DNA of 64,000 bases from Thermodesulfobacteriota bacterium. GTDB lineage: Bacteria; Desulfobacterota_D; UBA1144; Nemesobacterales; Mycalebacteriaceae. Positions 31,576 to 41,305 of this stretch are shown here, piece after piece (the stretch's first letter is position 1; each line of letters opens with the position of its first letter). A program made the position numbers and the translations under genes. A model generated the notes under the pieces. The model was given only the letters and a program-made list of their open reading frames with translations. It was not told where the DNA came from and did not search any database. Location: positions 1,056,001 through 1,120,000 of the forward strand of contig OZ245366.1 of assembly GCA_965226585.1 (NCBI GenBank), given 5' to 3'.

Positions 31576-32331
31576 ATGTATCCCGAAGCAATAACATTTG
31601 GAGCGATATCCATAAACGGGTTCGGTGTAATGGTCGCCCTCGCCTTTCTTGCGGGGCACCTGATAACGGCGGCGGAACTTAAACGCAAAGGCGCGCCGCC
31701 CGGAGCCGCGCAGGATATGATGCTGTGGATTGTCATCTGCTCCATCGCGGGGGCAAAAATATTTTTCCTCGTTGAAAACTTCACCATCTCTGAAATAATC
31801 GCAAACCCCTCAGACACTTTTTTCTCTCGCAACGGACTTACCTTCTACGGCGGATTTCTGGGCGGACTCGCGGCGGGAATCTTTTCCGCGAAAAGAAACG
31901 GAATCAAAATCCCGCTCGCACTTGACGCCGCCGCCCCCGCTCTCGCGCTCGCGTACGGAATCGGCAGAGTGGGCTGTCTGCTCGTGGGAGACGACTACGG
32001 AGTCGCGTCATCACTGCCGTGGGCAATGGCGTTTCCAAACGGACAGCCGCCCGTTGATTTCACCGTTCACCCAACCCAGATATACGAAACGCTTCTGATG
32101 CTTGCCGTGTTCGCCGTGCTGTGGAGATTGCGGAAAAAACCCGCGCCGGACGGATGGATGTTCGCCCTCTACCTTGTGCTTGCCGGAACGGAACGGTTTT
32201 TCATTGAGTTTTTGCGCACAACAACACAAAGCCCGATTCCGGGGCTTTCAGTCGCCCAGCTGGTCGCCCTCACCCTTATCGTGTGGGGTGGGCTGTGGCT
32301 GTTCAGGTTCAAACGGTTACGGAACCCGTGA
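31576..32331 (+). CDS. lgt: Prolipoprotein diacylglyceryl transferase
   Basis: GLTFYGG, GRVGCLLVGDDYG, HPTQIYE, RFFIEFLR. Confidence 0.93.
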   Translation: MYPEAITFGAISINGFGVMVALAFLAGHLITAAELKRKGAPPGAAQDMMLWIVICSIAGAKIFFLVENFTISEIIANPSDTFFSRNGLTFYGGFLGGLAAGIFSAKRNGIKIPLALDAAAPALALAYGIGRVGCLLVGDDYGVASSLPWAMAFPNGQPPVDFTVHPTQIYETLLMLAVFAVLWRLRKKPAPDGWMFALYLVLAGTERFFIEFLRTTTQSPIPGLSVAQLVALTLIVWGGLWLFRFKRLRNP

Positions 32332-33402
32332 GAGCACGGAACGCAGAGCGGCTTCAAACTCGCGGTTTTCTTCGGCAAGCCCGGCTGTAACCCTGAGGCA
32401 GTCCGCCACGCGACCGCCGGAAAATCCGCGCACAAGAATCCCTTTTTCCAGAAGCCCGGCGCGCGCGCGTTTTGCTGAGGCGGAGTCGGGAAAGCGGATG
32501 AGAAAAAAGTTCGCATCGCTTGGGAAAACCTTTATCCCGTCTATTGAGGCGAGAGAGGCGCAGAGTTTTTCGCGCCCGGAGACAACGGCTTTTATGTTGT
32601 CTTCAAAAATCGCGTTTTTGGTGAAGAAAATCCGCGCCGCCGCCTGAGTGAAAGAGTTTATGTTGTAGGGAAGCCGCGCCTTTTCCGCCTGCGCCGCCAG
32701 TTCGGGACGCATAAAAAGAACACCGAGCCGTATCGCCGCGAACCCGGTTTTTGAAAATGTCCGCAAAACCGCGAGGTTTTCGTATTTATCCATAAGGGAG
32801 ATGACACTCCGTCCGCAGAAACTGAAATACGCCTCGTCCACAACCACAATTCCGGGCGACGCCTCTATGACCTCTTCCACTCTTGAGGGCGACAGCAAAT
32901 TGCCGGTCGGACTGTTTGGAGAGGCAAGAAAAACCGCATCGGGGTCGTGCGAGCGTATCGCTGAGAGCATCGCCGGAGTGTCAAGGTCAAAATCGCCGTC
33001 AAGGTTTTCCTCCACAACGTTTTTGCCGAGAGCGTTCGCCGTTATCCCGTACATGGAGAAAGTGGGCGAAGGCACAAGCACATTCCCGGATTTTCCGCAG
33101 AATGTCTCTATCAATATCTGTATCAGTTCATCGGAGCCGTTTCCGAACAGTATGCCGCCGGGCGGCGTTCCCGTTTGCTTTGAGACGAGTTTTCTCAACT
33201 CCGCGCAATCAGGGTCGGGATAGCGGTTGGTTTCAATTTTTGAGAAAAATTCAAGCATCTCCGCCCTCGCTTCGGGCGTGAGGTCAAAAGGGCTTTCGTT
33301 TCCGTCAAGTTTTATCCGGCACTGCGGTGTTTCCGCCCCGTACGGCTCCGAAGCGCGAATGGAAGGGGAAACCCTGCCGAGAAGCTCCTTTATTTCCGCC
33401 AT
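32317..33402 (-). CDS. hisC: Histidinol-phosphate aminotransferase
   Basis: KLDGNESP, RYPD, GNGSDE, PNSPTG, VDEAY, RTFSK. Confidence 0.95.
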   Translation of the reverse strand: MAEIKELLGRVSPSIRASEPYGAETPQCRIKLDGNESPFDLTPEARAEMLEFFSKIETNRYPDPDCAELRKLVSKQTGTPPGGILFGNGSDELIQILIETFCGKSGNVLVPSPTFSMYGITANALGKNVVEENLDGDFDLDTPAMLSAIRSHDPDAVFLASPNSPTGNLLSPSRVEEVIEASPGIVVVDEAYFSFCGRSVISLMDKYENLAVLRTFSKTGFAAIRLGVLFMRPELAAQAEKARLPYNINSFTQAAARIFFTKNAIFEDNIKAVVSGREKLCASLASIDGIKVFPSDANFFLIRFPDSASAKRARAGLLEKGILVRGFSGGRVADCLRVTAGLAEENREFEAALRSVLSRVP

Positions 33403-34709
33403 CAGGCGCCCCGCTTTTTCTCTCCGCCCCTTCGCGTTGTAACGGAAAGAGCATGAGCGGTAAGCCCTTCCGAGCGGGCGAGATTTATCACCGTGTCCGC
33501 GAGTTTGTCAAAACCCTTCGCGGTGAGCTCCGCCGTGCTTGGAGTTTTGACAAAATCGGAAGCCGAGAGCGGAGACGAAAACCTCGCCGCCCCTCCGGTC
33601 GGAAGCACGTGGCTTGAGCCGCAAACATAGTCGCCAAAAGGCTCTGTCGAGCGGCTTCCGAGAAACACCGCGCCCGCGTGCCGTATCAGCGGCAGAAGAG
33701 AACGCGGCGATTTTACGCAGAGTTCAAGGTGCTCCGGGGCAACCGCGTTTGAAATCCGCACGGCTTGTTTCAGGCTTGAGGTGATAAATATTTTTCCTCT
33801 GCTCTTTATTGAGGCAGCCGCTATTTTGCTTCTCTCAATCCCGCGCGCCATCTCCATCAGTTCATCTTTCACTTGCCGGGCATAGGATGCGGATGTGACG
33901 GCAAGGGTTGGGGTCGCCATCTCGTCGTGTTCCGCCTGAGCGAGCAGGTCTGAAGCCACCCACTGTGCCGGGCATGAGCCGTCCGCTATCACAAAAACCT
34001 CGCTGGGTCCCGCCATCATGTCTATGTCAACTTCTCCGTAGACCAGTTTTTTCGCTATCGTTACGTATATGTTTCCGGGTCCCACAATTTTGTCGGCGCG
34101 GGGAACGGACTTTGTTCCGAACGCCAGAGCGGCAACCGCCTGCGCGCCGCCGATTTTGAAAATGCGGTCAACCCTCGCGACTGACGCGGCGGCAATCACT
34201 TCGGGATTCAGACGCCCTCCGGGGCACGGAGTTGTCATAACGGTTTCGCGCACACCGGCAACCTTTGCCGGAACCGCCGTCATAAGAACGGTTGACGGAT
34301 ACGCGGCTTTTCCTCCGGGAATGTAGATGCCCACCCTGTCAAGCGGACGGACAAGCCAGCCCAGCCGGTTGCCGTAGGCGTCTCTGTGCTCCGCCGCGCG
34401 GGGCATTTTTTTTCTCTGATAATCCTCTATGCGGCGGCGCGCGGTTTTCAGGTCTTTCATCACGCCCTTCGGCACTTTTGCCATCGCGGCTTTCGCCTCG
34501 GAACCTGAAACCTCAACCGTGCGCGCGGAAATTGAGGCGCGGTCAAACTTTTTCGTGAGAGAAAAAAGCGCGGAATCTCCCTTTTTTCTCACCTGCTCAA
34601 CAATTGCCGCCGTTGCCGCCACTGTTTCAGGGTCGAAAGGCGAAGCGGTTTTGTGTATGCGGGCAATCTCTCTGTCTATGTTCGCTGAGTTTATTTTGAC
34701 GGTTTTCAT
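33402..34709 (-). CDS. hisD: Histidinol dehydrogenase
   Basis: YIPGGKAAYPS, GGAQA, GPGNIYV, AGPSE, QAEHD, APEHLE, HVLPT. Confidence 0.96.
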   Translation of the reverse strand: MKTVKINSANIDREIARIHKTASPFDPETVAATAAIVEQVRKKGDSALFSLTKKFDRASISARTVEVSGSEAKAAMAKVPKGVMKDLKTARRRIEDYQRKKMPRAAEHRDAYGNRLGWLVRPLDRVGIYIPGGKAAYPSTVLMTAVPAKVAGVRETVMTTPCPGGRLNPEVIAAASVARVDRIFKIGGAQAVAALAFGTKSVPRADKIVGPGNIYVTIAKKLVYGEVDIDMMAGPSEVFVIADGSCPAQWVASDLLAQAEHDEMATPTLAVTSASYARQVKDELMEMARGIERSKIAAASIKSRGKIFITSSLKQAVRISNAVAPEHLELCVKSPRSLLPLIRHAGAVFLGSRSTEPFGDYVCGSSHVLPTGGAARFSSPLSASDFVKTPSTAELTAKGFDKLADTVINLARSEGLTAHALSVTTRRGGEKKRGA

Positions 34710-34725
34710 ACTTTCAGAGCCGCGC

Positions 34726-35010
34726 CTACTTGCCGTGCGCGCCCTCCCCGAAACCGCTTTCAACAAACTCCGATATCAGTTCGGCGGCGTTTTCCGCGTC
34801 AGAACCGCTAACCTCAATTTCAATCTCCGTTCCTCTCGCGGCGGCAAGGGAGAGAATTCCGAGGATGCTTTTGCCGTCAACCTCGTAGCCGCTTTTGATT
34901 ATTTTTACGTTTGATGAAAACTGGTTTGTCAGTTTTACAAAGCCCGCCGCCGCTCTCGCGTGCAGACCGAGAGTGTTGACGATTGTAAAAGTTTTTCTTA
35001 CTGAATCCAC
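34726..35010 (-). CDS. ptsH: Phosphocarrier protein HPr
   Basis: GLHARAA, VDGKSILG; start GTG 35010 or TTG 35031. Confidence 0.92.
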   Translation of the reverse strand: MDSVRKTFTIVNTLGLHARAAAGFVKLTNQFSSNVKIIKSGYEVDGKSILGILSLAAARGTEIEIEVSGSDAENAAELISEFVESGFGEGAHGK

Positions 35011-35119
35011 TAACCGGAAAACCTCCGCCAATGCGGAGACAAATCATAACACAATATAAACGGCAAAGGTTAAAGCTGCGCTGGAACGGCGGTGCGCGGG
35101 TGGTTAGAATTAGGCGGCG

Positions 35120-36196
35120 ATGAGCACCGGTGAGATATTTGAAAAAGTGGAGCGCGGAGAGCGGATTGACGGCTCAAGAGCGGCTGAGCTTCTTGAGAAC
35201 GCGACCCTCCCGCAACTGGGCGCGCTTGCGTCATTGTGCAGAGAGCGGAACAATCCGGGCAAAACCGTTACCTTCGTGCGAGACACAAACCCGAACTACA
35301 CCAATGTGTGCGACACGGAATGCCTTTTCTGCGCTTTCTGGAGACCGGCGGATGCGGCGGACGCTTACACGCTTGAGACGGACAAACTGATTGAGATGAT
35401 GAAAACCGCCTACCACAACGGAACCACAACGGTTCTGCTTCAGGGGGGGCACAACCCGGATATCGGGCTTGACTACTACACCGGGGTTGTTGAAAGAGCG
35501 CGGCGCGAGATACCTGACATACACCTTCACGCCTTCTCCGCGCCTGAGATAGCGGCGATAGCGAAATACGAAAAAATGGACACGCGTGAGGTTTTGCAAA
35601 GACTGTGGGACGCGGGGCTCAGAACCATTCCCGGCGGCGGAGCGGAGATATTGACGAACAAGGTCAGAAAGAAAATCAGCCCTCTGAAAATAGATGCGGA
35701 CAGATGGATTGAGATAACCCGGCAGGCGCATGAAACCGGTTTCAAAACCACCGCGACCATGATGTTCGGGCATGTTGAGGAAAACCGCGACATAGTTGAG
35801 CACCTTGAGAGAATAAGGTCTTTGCAGGACGAAACGGGCGGTTTTCTGGCTTTTATACCGTGGATTTTCAAGCCCTCAAACACTTTCCTTGAACGTAAAA
35901 TTCCTTCCGAGACGGGAGGCGAAAGGTATCTCCGCGTGCTCGCGGTGTGCAGAATTTTTCTGGATAATTTCCGTTTTATTCAGGGTTCGTGGTTCACTCA
36001 GGGTTTCAAAATCGGCTCCGCTTCAATGCACTTCGGAGCGGACGATCTTGGCGGAACGCTGTATGAGGAAAATGTTCTCAAATGCGCTGAGAACAGAATC
36101 AAGGCAAGCGCGGAAGATATTGCCGGCATGATACGAAGCGCGGGATTTGAACCGGCGCAGAGAAACACCTTTTACGAAGTCATAAGAAAATTCTGA
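35120..36196 (+). CDS. mqnC: Cyclic dehypoxanthinyl futalosine synthase (radical SAM, MqnC/CofH family)
   Basis: NYTNVCDTECLFCAF, LLQGG, PGGGAEIL, TATMMFG, GADDLG..EENV. Confidence 0.85.
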   Translation: MSTGEIFEKVERGERIDGSRAAELLENATLPQLGALASLCRERNNPGKTVTFVRDTNPNYTNVCDTECLFCAFWRPADAADAYTLETDKLIEMMKTAYHNGTTTVLLQGGHNPDIGLDYYTGVVERARREIPDIHLHAFSAPEIAAIAKYEKMDTREVLQRLWDAGLRTIPGGGAEILTNKVRKKISPLKIDADRWIEITRQAHETGFKTTATMMFGHVEENRDIVEHLERIRSLQDETGGFLAFIPWIFKPSNTFLERKIPSETGGERYLRVLAVCRIFLDNFRFIQGSWFTQGFKIGSASMHFGADDLGGTLYEENVLKCAENRIKASAEDIAGMIRSAGFEPAQRNTFYEVIRKF

Positions 36197-36951
36197 TGGC
36201 GGAACGTGTTCAGAAAATGCTTGCGGCGGCGGGCGCGGGCTCGCGGCGCAAAGTGGAGGAACTGATAAAGTCCGGCGAGGTTGCCGTAAACGGCGGGGTC
36301 TGCAAACTTGGAGACAAGGCGGAGCCGGAAGACACAATCACCGTTTCGGGAAAAGAGATTGACTGCCGGAGCGAAACGGGCGGAGTAATTCTGTATAACA
36401 AACCCATCGGCAAAATAGTGAGCCGGAGCGACCCGGGAAAACGCCCCACAGTTTTTGAAGACCTGCCTCCGGTAAAAACGCGCTGGGTTTCAGTCGGGCG
36501 GCTTGATATAAACAGTTCGGGTCTGCTGATATTCTGCACAGATGGCGCGCTTGCCCACGGGCTTACCCATCCGTCACGGGAGATTGAGCGGGAGTATCTG
36601 TCGCGGGTGCGGGGAGATACGGGAGAAAAAACGGTTGAGAAACTGCTCTCGGGAATCGTTCTTGACGGCAAGCGCGGGCGGTTTGAAAAGGTGGAGCGGG
36701 TTCCGGGAAAAGAGGGAAGCAACAAGTGGTTCAGGATAACCGTGAGGGAGGGAAGAAACCGCTTTGTGAGAAGGATGTGGGAGAGTTGCGGCTGTGAAAT
36801 CAGCCGTCTTGTGAGAGTCCGGTTCGGTCCGGTAAAACTGCCCGCGAAACTGCCTCCGGGCGCGTGTATTTTTCTTGGCGGCAGAGAGAGAGAGAGACTT
36901 TACAAGGCGGCGGGAGCGGAACCTCCGCCGGATTTGAGAAAGCGCGTTTAG
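36196..36951 (+). CDS. rluB: RluB/RsuA-family pseudouridine synthase
   Basis: S4 domain, NKPIG, VGRLD, HPS, EGRNR.VRR. Confidence 0.88.
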   Translation: MAERVQKMLAAAGAGSRRKVEELIKSGEVAVNGGVCKLGDKAEPEDTITVSGKEIDCRSETGGVILYNKPIGKIVSRSDPGKRPTVFEDLPPVKTRWVSVGRLDINSSGLLIFCTDGALAHGLTHPSREIEREYLSRVRGDTGEKTVEKLLSGIVLDGKRGRFEKVERVPGKEGSNKWFRITVREGRNRFVRRMWESCGCEISRLVRVRFGPVKLPAKLPPGACIFLGGRERERLYKAAGAEPPPDLRKRV

Positions 36952-37518
36952 TTATCTCACCCTTTCTATGTAGGCGCCGTCTCTTGTGTCAACCCTTATG
37001 ACATCTCCGGGGTTGACGAAAAGCGGAACGTTGACATTCGCGCCGGTTTCAAGGGTTGCGGGCTTTGTGGCGGATGTGGCGGTGTCTCCCTTAACGCCGG
37101 GCTCGGCTTCGGTAACTTTCAGTTCAACAACCGCCCTGGGAAACTCTATTCCGTACGCATCGCCGTTTATGAAGTTGACCTGAACCTCCTGATGCTCGCT
37201 CAAAAAATCCGCCGCGCGTCCAACCTGCTTGCCCGAAAGTTCATGCTGGTCGTAAGTTTCAGTGTCCATAAAGTGGTAGGCGCCGCCGTCTGTGTAGAGA
37301 AACTGCATCATCCGTTTTTTGATGTCGGGCGTGTCAAACTTGTCTCCGGCGCGAAACTTCTTTTCCTGCACGGCTCCGGTAACTATGTTGCGTATCTTCG
37401 CCGTAACAATCGGACTGCGTTGCGCCATCTTCGAGTGCTGATACTCGATGATTTCCCAGACGGCGCCGTCCATTTCTATTTTCATTCCTCTGTGGAAATT
37501 GCTTGTTTCAACAACCAT
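36952..37518 (-). CDS. efp: Elongation factor P
   Basis: MQFLY, FMD.ETYDQ, PGVKGDT, KPATLETG, VPLF; atypical tip loop HSKMAQRSP. Confidence 0.95.
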   Translation of the reverse strand: MVVETSNFHRGMKIEMDGAVWEIIEYQHSKMAQRSPIVTAKIRNIVTGAVQEKKFRAGDKFDTPDIKKRMMQFLYTDGGAYHFMDTETYDQHELSGKQVGRAADFLSEHQEVQVNFINGDAYGIEFPRAVVELKVTEAEPGVKGDTATSATKPATLETGANVNVPLFVNPGDVIRVDTRDGAYIERVR

Positions 37519-37541
37519 TTTTTTCTCCCGGACAGGTGAGG

Positions 37542-39335
37542 CTACTTTCTCCTGAACATTTTCTCAAGACCGCCGTATGTGAGGTTGACGGCAACGGGAC
37601 GCCCGTGCGGGCAGAAATGAGGCGATTCGCAGCCGTCCATCTCGGCAAGCAGAGACTTGATTTCCGTTTCCTCCATTGAGTATCCGGCGCGGATGGATTT
37701 GTGGCAGGCGATTGTGGCGAGTACGTTCTCGGTTTTTTTATCAAGTTCCCCGGCGGCTTCCGGGCACTGTGTTCCGCTCATCTCCTCAAGAATGTCAATA
37801 AACAGCGTTTTGCCGTCCGTGCATGAGATAATCGCGGGAAGAGATTCAAGCCGCACCGCGCTTTCCCCGAACATTTCCGCATTGAGTCCCATGCTTCTCA
37901 TCTTGCCCTCAAACCTGCCGAACAGAGCCATCTCTTCGGGGCGCATTTCTATAATTTCCGGTATCAGCAGTCTCTGCGCGCTCAGCGCGCCGTTTTCCCT
38001 GTACGCGTTTCTGAACCGCTCGAAATTGACTCTTTCGTGCGCCGCGTGCTGGTCAATCAGGACGATGCCGTCTCTGCTTTCGCAGATGATGTAGAACGCG
38101 CCCGCCTGCCCGACAATTTTCAGACGCGAGAAAAAACCGTTTTCGCGCTCAGGGGAAAGCGGAAGTTCCTGCTCTGCGGGCGGGAAGGCGGGAGCGGCTG
38201 ATTGAGGAATGTTGCCAAACGACTGCTGAGAGGGTTTTTGAGAAACGCCGTCTTCACCGAAAAAAGTTTCCGTTGTTCCGCCCTCCTCAGTTTGCGTGTA
38301 TCCGCCCTGCGGGGTTTTGCCTGAAGGCGCGCCCTCGCCGCCGGTAATCCAGGGGGCTTGAGAGAGAAACTCCTCAACCGCCGCACGGATGGCTCCGGCA
38401 ATCGCTCCCGTGGAGATAAAACGGACTTCGTGCTTTGTGGGATGGACGTTCACGTCAACACCTCCGGGAGGGACGGTGATAAAAACCGCGCCCTGCGGGT
38501 AGCGTCCTTTGTCAAAAGTGCGCTTGAAGCAGTCCATCAGAATTCTGTTCACAAATCTGTCGCGCACATATCTGCCGTTCACGTAGCAGTAAAGGCGGGC
38601 AAGCGATGAAAACCCGCCCTGCGGGGCGCAGAGAAAGCCGCTTATGCCGGTTTCGCCCTCAGGCGCGGCGGTTCCGAACGGGTAGAGTTTTACGTTTCCC
38701 GCCACATCTCTCACCCTGCTCTCAATGTCTCCCGGCGCGAAACGGAACATCACCCTGCCGTTGTGAGACACCTCAAAATCAACTTCGGGATTTGCCACCG
38801 CGAGGGAGCGGGCAACTGCGGCGCACCATGAGAGTTCGGTTTCGTCTGTCTTGAGAAACTTGAGGCGCGGGCGCGTGTTGAAGAAAAGGGAGCGGGCTTC
38901 AACCGTTGTTCCCGCAGGGCATCCGGCGTCTTTCACGCTTACAGCCTTTCCGCCCTCAACCTCAATCGCGGTTCCCGTGTCGCTTTCGCCCGTGCGTGTT
39001 GTGAGTGAGAATTTTGACACCGCCGCGATTGAAGGAAGCGCCTCGCCCCTGAACCCGAAAGTGCCGATGGAAGCGAGGTCGCTCTCGTCCGTTATCTTGC
39101 TTGTGGCGTGTCTCTCTATGCACAGAACTGCGTCATCACGCGACATTCCGCAGCCGTTGTCCGACACCCTCACAAGACGTTTGCCGCCCGAATCTATTTC
39201 AACCGATATTTTGTCCGCTCCGGCATCAAGCGAGTTTTCAAGAAACTCTTTCAGCACGGACGCGGGACGCTCAACCACCTCGCCGGCGGCTATTTTGGAA
39301 ATAAGAATGTCGTCAAGTACTTGTACTGAACTCAT
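37542..39335 (-). CDS. mutL: DNA mismatch repair protein MutL
   Basis: IAAGEVVERP, GFRGEAL, DVNVHPTK, DQHAAHER, ACH, CPHGRP. Confidence 0.97.
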   Translation of the reverse strand: MSSVQVLDDILISKIAAGEVVERPASVLKEFLENSLDAGADKISVEIDSGGKRLVRVSDNGCGMSRDDAVLCIERHATSKITDESDLASIGTFGFRGEALPSIAAVSKFSLTTRTGESDTGTAIEVEGGKAVSVKDAGCPAGTTVEARSLFFNTRPRLKFLKTDETELSWCAAVARSLAVANPEVDFEVSHNGRVMFRFAPGDIESRVRDVAGNVKLYPFGTAAPEGETGISGFLCAPQGGFSSLARLYCYVNGRYVRDRFVNRILMDCFKRTFDKGRYPQGAVFITVPPGGVDVNVHPTKHEVRFISTGAIAGAIRAAVEEFLSQAPWITGGEGAPSGKTPQGGYTQTEEGGTTETFFGEDGVSQKPSQQSFGNIPQSAAPAFPPAEQELPLSPERENGFFSRLKIVGQAGAFYIICESRDGIVLIDQHAAHERVNFERFRNAYRENGALSAQRLLIPEIIEMRPEEMALFGRFEGKMRSMGLNAEMFGESAVRLESLPAIISCTDGKTLFIDILEEMSGTQCPEAAGELDKKTENVLATIACHKSIRAGYSMEETEIKSLLAEMDGCESPHFCPHGRPVAVNLTYGGLEKMFRRK

Positions 39336-39523
39336 TGGACGATGAGCATTTTATAGAGCGCGATGCCCGCAAGCGCGGCAACCGGAATCACAACCGCGGC
39401 AAGGGCGAATACCACAAAGAAAAACAAAACGCCCGGCGCGTTACTGCCGTAAACATCAGCCGACTGCTCTTTTACCGAGCCGAAAAGCGAAGAAAAAAAT
39501 CCGCGACCTGAACCCGAACTCAT
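39332..39523 (-). CDS. Small single-TM hypothetical protein
   Basis: 63 aa with a hydrophobic segment; ATGA overlaps with neighbours on both sides. Confidence 0.55.
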   Translation of the reverse strand: MSSGSGRGFFSSLFGSVKEQSADVYGSNAPGVLFFFVVFALAAVVIPVAALAGIALYKMLIVQ

Positions 39524-39837
39524 TTCCGCGCGCGCCCTCTCTCCGCCTTCGCCGCCGAAAGCGTTTCAATTATGGAGTCAATGGAAACGGCAACAAGCGT
39601 TATAATCTCAACGGTTCCGCGCGAACACAATTCAACCGAAACCTGCCCCACGGTTTCGTTGTCCGGCGCCTCCACTATGCTTACAAAATCGTAATGCCCG
39701 AGAGTCGCGTACTGCTCGAGAACACAAACGCCGAACTTCTCAAGCTCTTTGTCAACCTCTTTGATTCTCTCCGGTCTTTCCTTGACGGTTTTCCGCCCTT
39801 CCGGGGTAAGTCTGCTGAGTAGAATGTAGGTGCGCAT
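39520..39837 (-). CDS. GYD-domain protein
   Basis: LGHYDFVSIVEAPD; AGGAAGGA SD before ATG 39837. Confidence 0.88.
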   Translation of the reverse strand: MRTYILLSRLTPEGRKTVKERPERIKEVDKELEKFGVCVLEQYATLGHYDFVSIVEAPDNETVGQVSVELCSRGTVEIITLVAVSIDSIIETLSAAKAERGRARK

Positions 39838-39910
39838 TTCCTTCCGCCGCCGTGATATAATCCGGTTTCCGTAATTGTATAGTGTCTTTGCCGCATAACA
39901 AACACGTTCA

Positions 39911-41008
39911 ATGAAAACACGTTTCCTCATCATGCTTCTGGTTCCCCTTCTGTGGACGGGCGGGGCGGGCGCGCTTCCGTCTCTGGGGCTGTTCGGCGGC
40001 AAACAGTCGCCGGACATATCGGTTGAGGGCTTCAAATGGAGATCCGGCGGGGCGGGAAGAAGAGCCGTTTTTTCTGAAATTACCCTGAAAAACAGCGGAA
40101 ACAGAAACTACTCGGAAATAACGTTGAGGGCGCGGTTTTACACAAGAGACGACATACCGATGGGCGGCGTGCGCGGAACGATAAAAGACGGAATAAAAGC
40201 GGGCGAGACAAAAACCTTCAGAAACGTGCGGCTGGGAATGATGAACTCCGGAATGGACTACGTGAAAGTCGGCATCGTCAGCGCGAGGGCGGCTAAAGGC
40301 GAGAAAAAAAGCCATCCGCTTATCGTTACGGAGCGGAAGTGGACGCCTTCGGGGGGTGGAACGGGTGTCGGAACGCTCAAAAGCATTACGGTTAAAAACC
40401 CGTCTGCGGTTCCGTACGGAGCGGTAACATTTCACATAATTCAGAAACAGGGCGAGCGGATGCTGATATCAAACAAGTTGACGATGAAAAAAATCGCGGA
40501 GGCAAATTCGGAAACCGTTTACAGGGATGTCAATCCGGGGTTTTTCCATCCTTCGGCGGAAGAAATTATTGTCTCCGTTGTTTCAGCCCACCCCGTTTCG
40601 CGCAAACATGCGGCGGTTCTCGGACATAAAACGGCTGAGAAAACCGAAGCCGGAGAGAGCGCGGAAAGAGCGCGGGATGACAAAGACGAACCGGTTCCGG
40701 GCTACGATATTGAGATAAAAGAGTTTGAGTGGGGAAGCGGAATTGCGGGAGGAGCGGGAATCATAAAGCGTCTTGTTCTCAAAAACAGAAGCGGCACGGA
40801 ATACAAGGATGTAACGATGCTTGTGGAGTTTCTTTCATCAAGGGGAACCCCTGTAACGTCTGTGGACTTCAGGATTAAAAACCCGCCTGCGCCCGGCAAA
40901 ACAACCGACTACAAAAATCTGGTTACAGGCATTATGAGCGTGTCGCCCGATAAAAAATCCGTGAAAATCAGCGTGCGGAGCGGAACGCCCGCGCCGCGCG
41001 GAAAATAA
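39911..41008 (+). CDS. Exported protein with three tandem Ig-like (FxLYD-like) repeats
   Basis: Signal peptide; three ~95 aa repeats sharing W..G..G, (T/V)(L/V)KN, Y..(V/I)T, V.(I/V)VS. Confidence 0.7.
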   Translation: MKTRFLIMLLVPLLWTGGAGALPSLGLFGGKQSPDISVEGFKWRSGGAGRRAVFSEITLKNSGNRNYSEITLRARFYTRDDIPMGGVRGTIKDGIKAGETKTFRNVRLGMMNSGMDYVKVGIVSARAAKGEKKSHPLIVTERKWTPSGGGTGVGTLKSITVKNPSAVPYGAVTFHIIQKQGERMLISNKLTMKKIAEANSETVYRDVNPGFFHPSAEEIIVSVVSAHPVSRKHAAVLGHKTAEKTEAGESAERARDDKDEPVPGYDIEIKEFEWGSGIAGGAGIIKRLVLKNRSGTEYKDVTMLVEFLSSRGTPVTSVDFRIKNPPAPGKTTDYKNLVTGIMSVSPDKKSVKISVRSGTPAPRGK

Positions 41009-41011
41009 GGT

Positions 41012-41230
41012 TTATTCCAGAACCAGAGCTTCCTTCATAATGTCGGCGAGCCCTTCGCTGAAAGACTGAGCGCCGCTCAGAGGAATTACGATGCAGGAAC
41101 GCCCGCCGCTCACCTCGGTGATACGAACGTATTTGCCTTTGTGGTTTTCTTTCAGGTCAAAAAAGAACTTTTTCTGCTCTATATTCACCTGCTTACTGAC
41201 GTAGTCCTTGTCTAAATTATCGCCACTCAT
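41012..41230 (-). CDS. PUR-family (PurA-like/DUF3276) ssDNA/RNA-binding protein
   Basis: SKQVNIEQKKFFFDLKENHKGKYVRITE..RSCIVIP is one PUR repeat. Confidence 0.85.
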   Translation of the reverse strand: MSGDNLDKDYVSKQVNIEQKKFFFDLKENHKGKYVRITEVSGGRSCIVIPLSGAQSFSEGLADIMKEALVLE

Positions 41231-41305
41231 TTTGTTCACCCCCGAACTTTATGAAGGCGTTTATATTATCAAGCGGAAATTAAAAAATCAAACCCCCGCG
41301 CCGTT

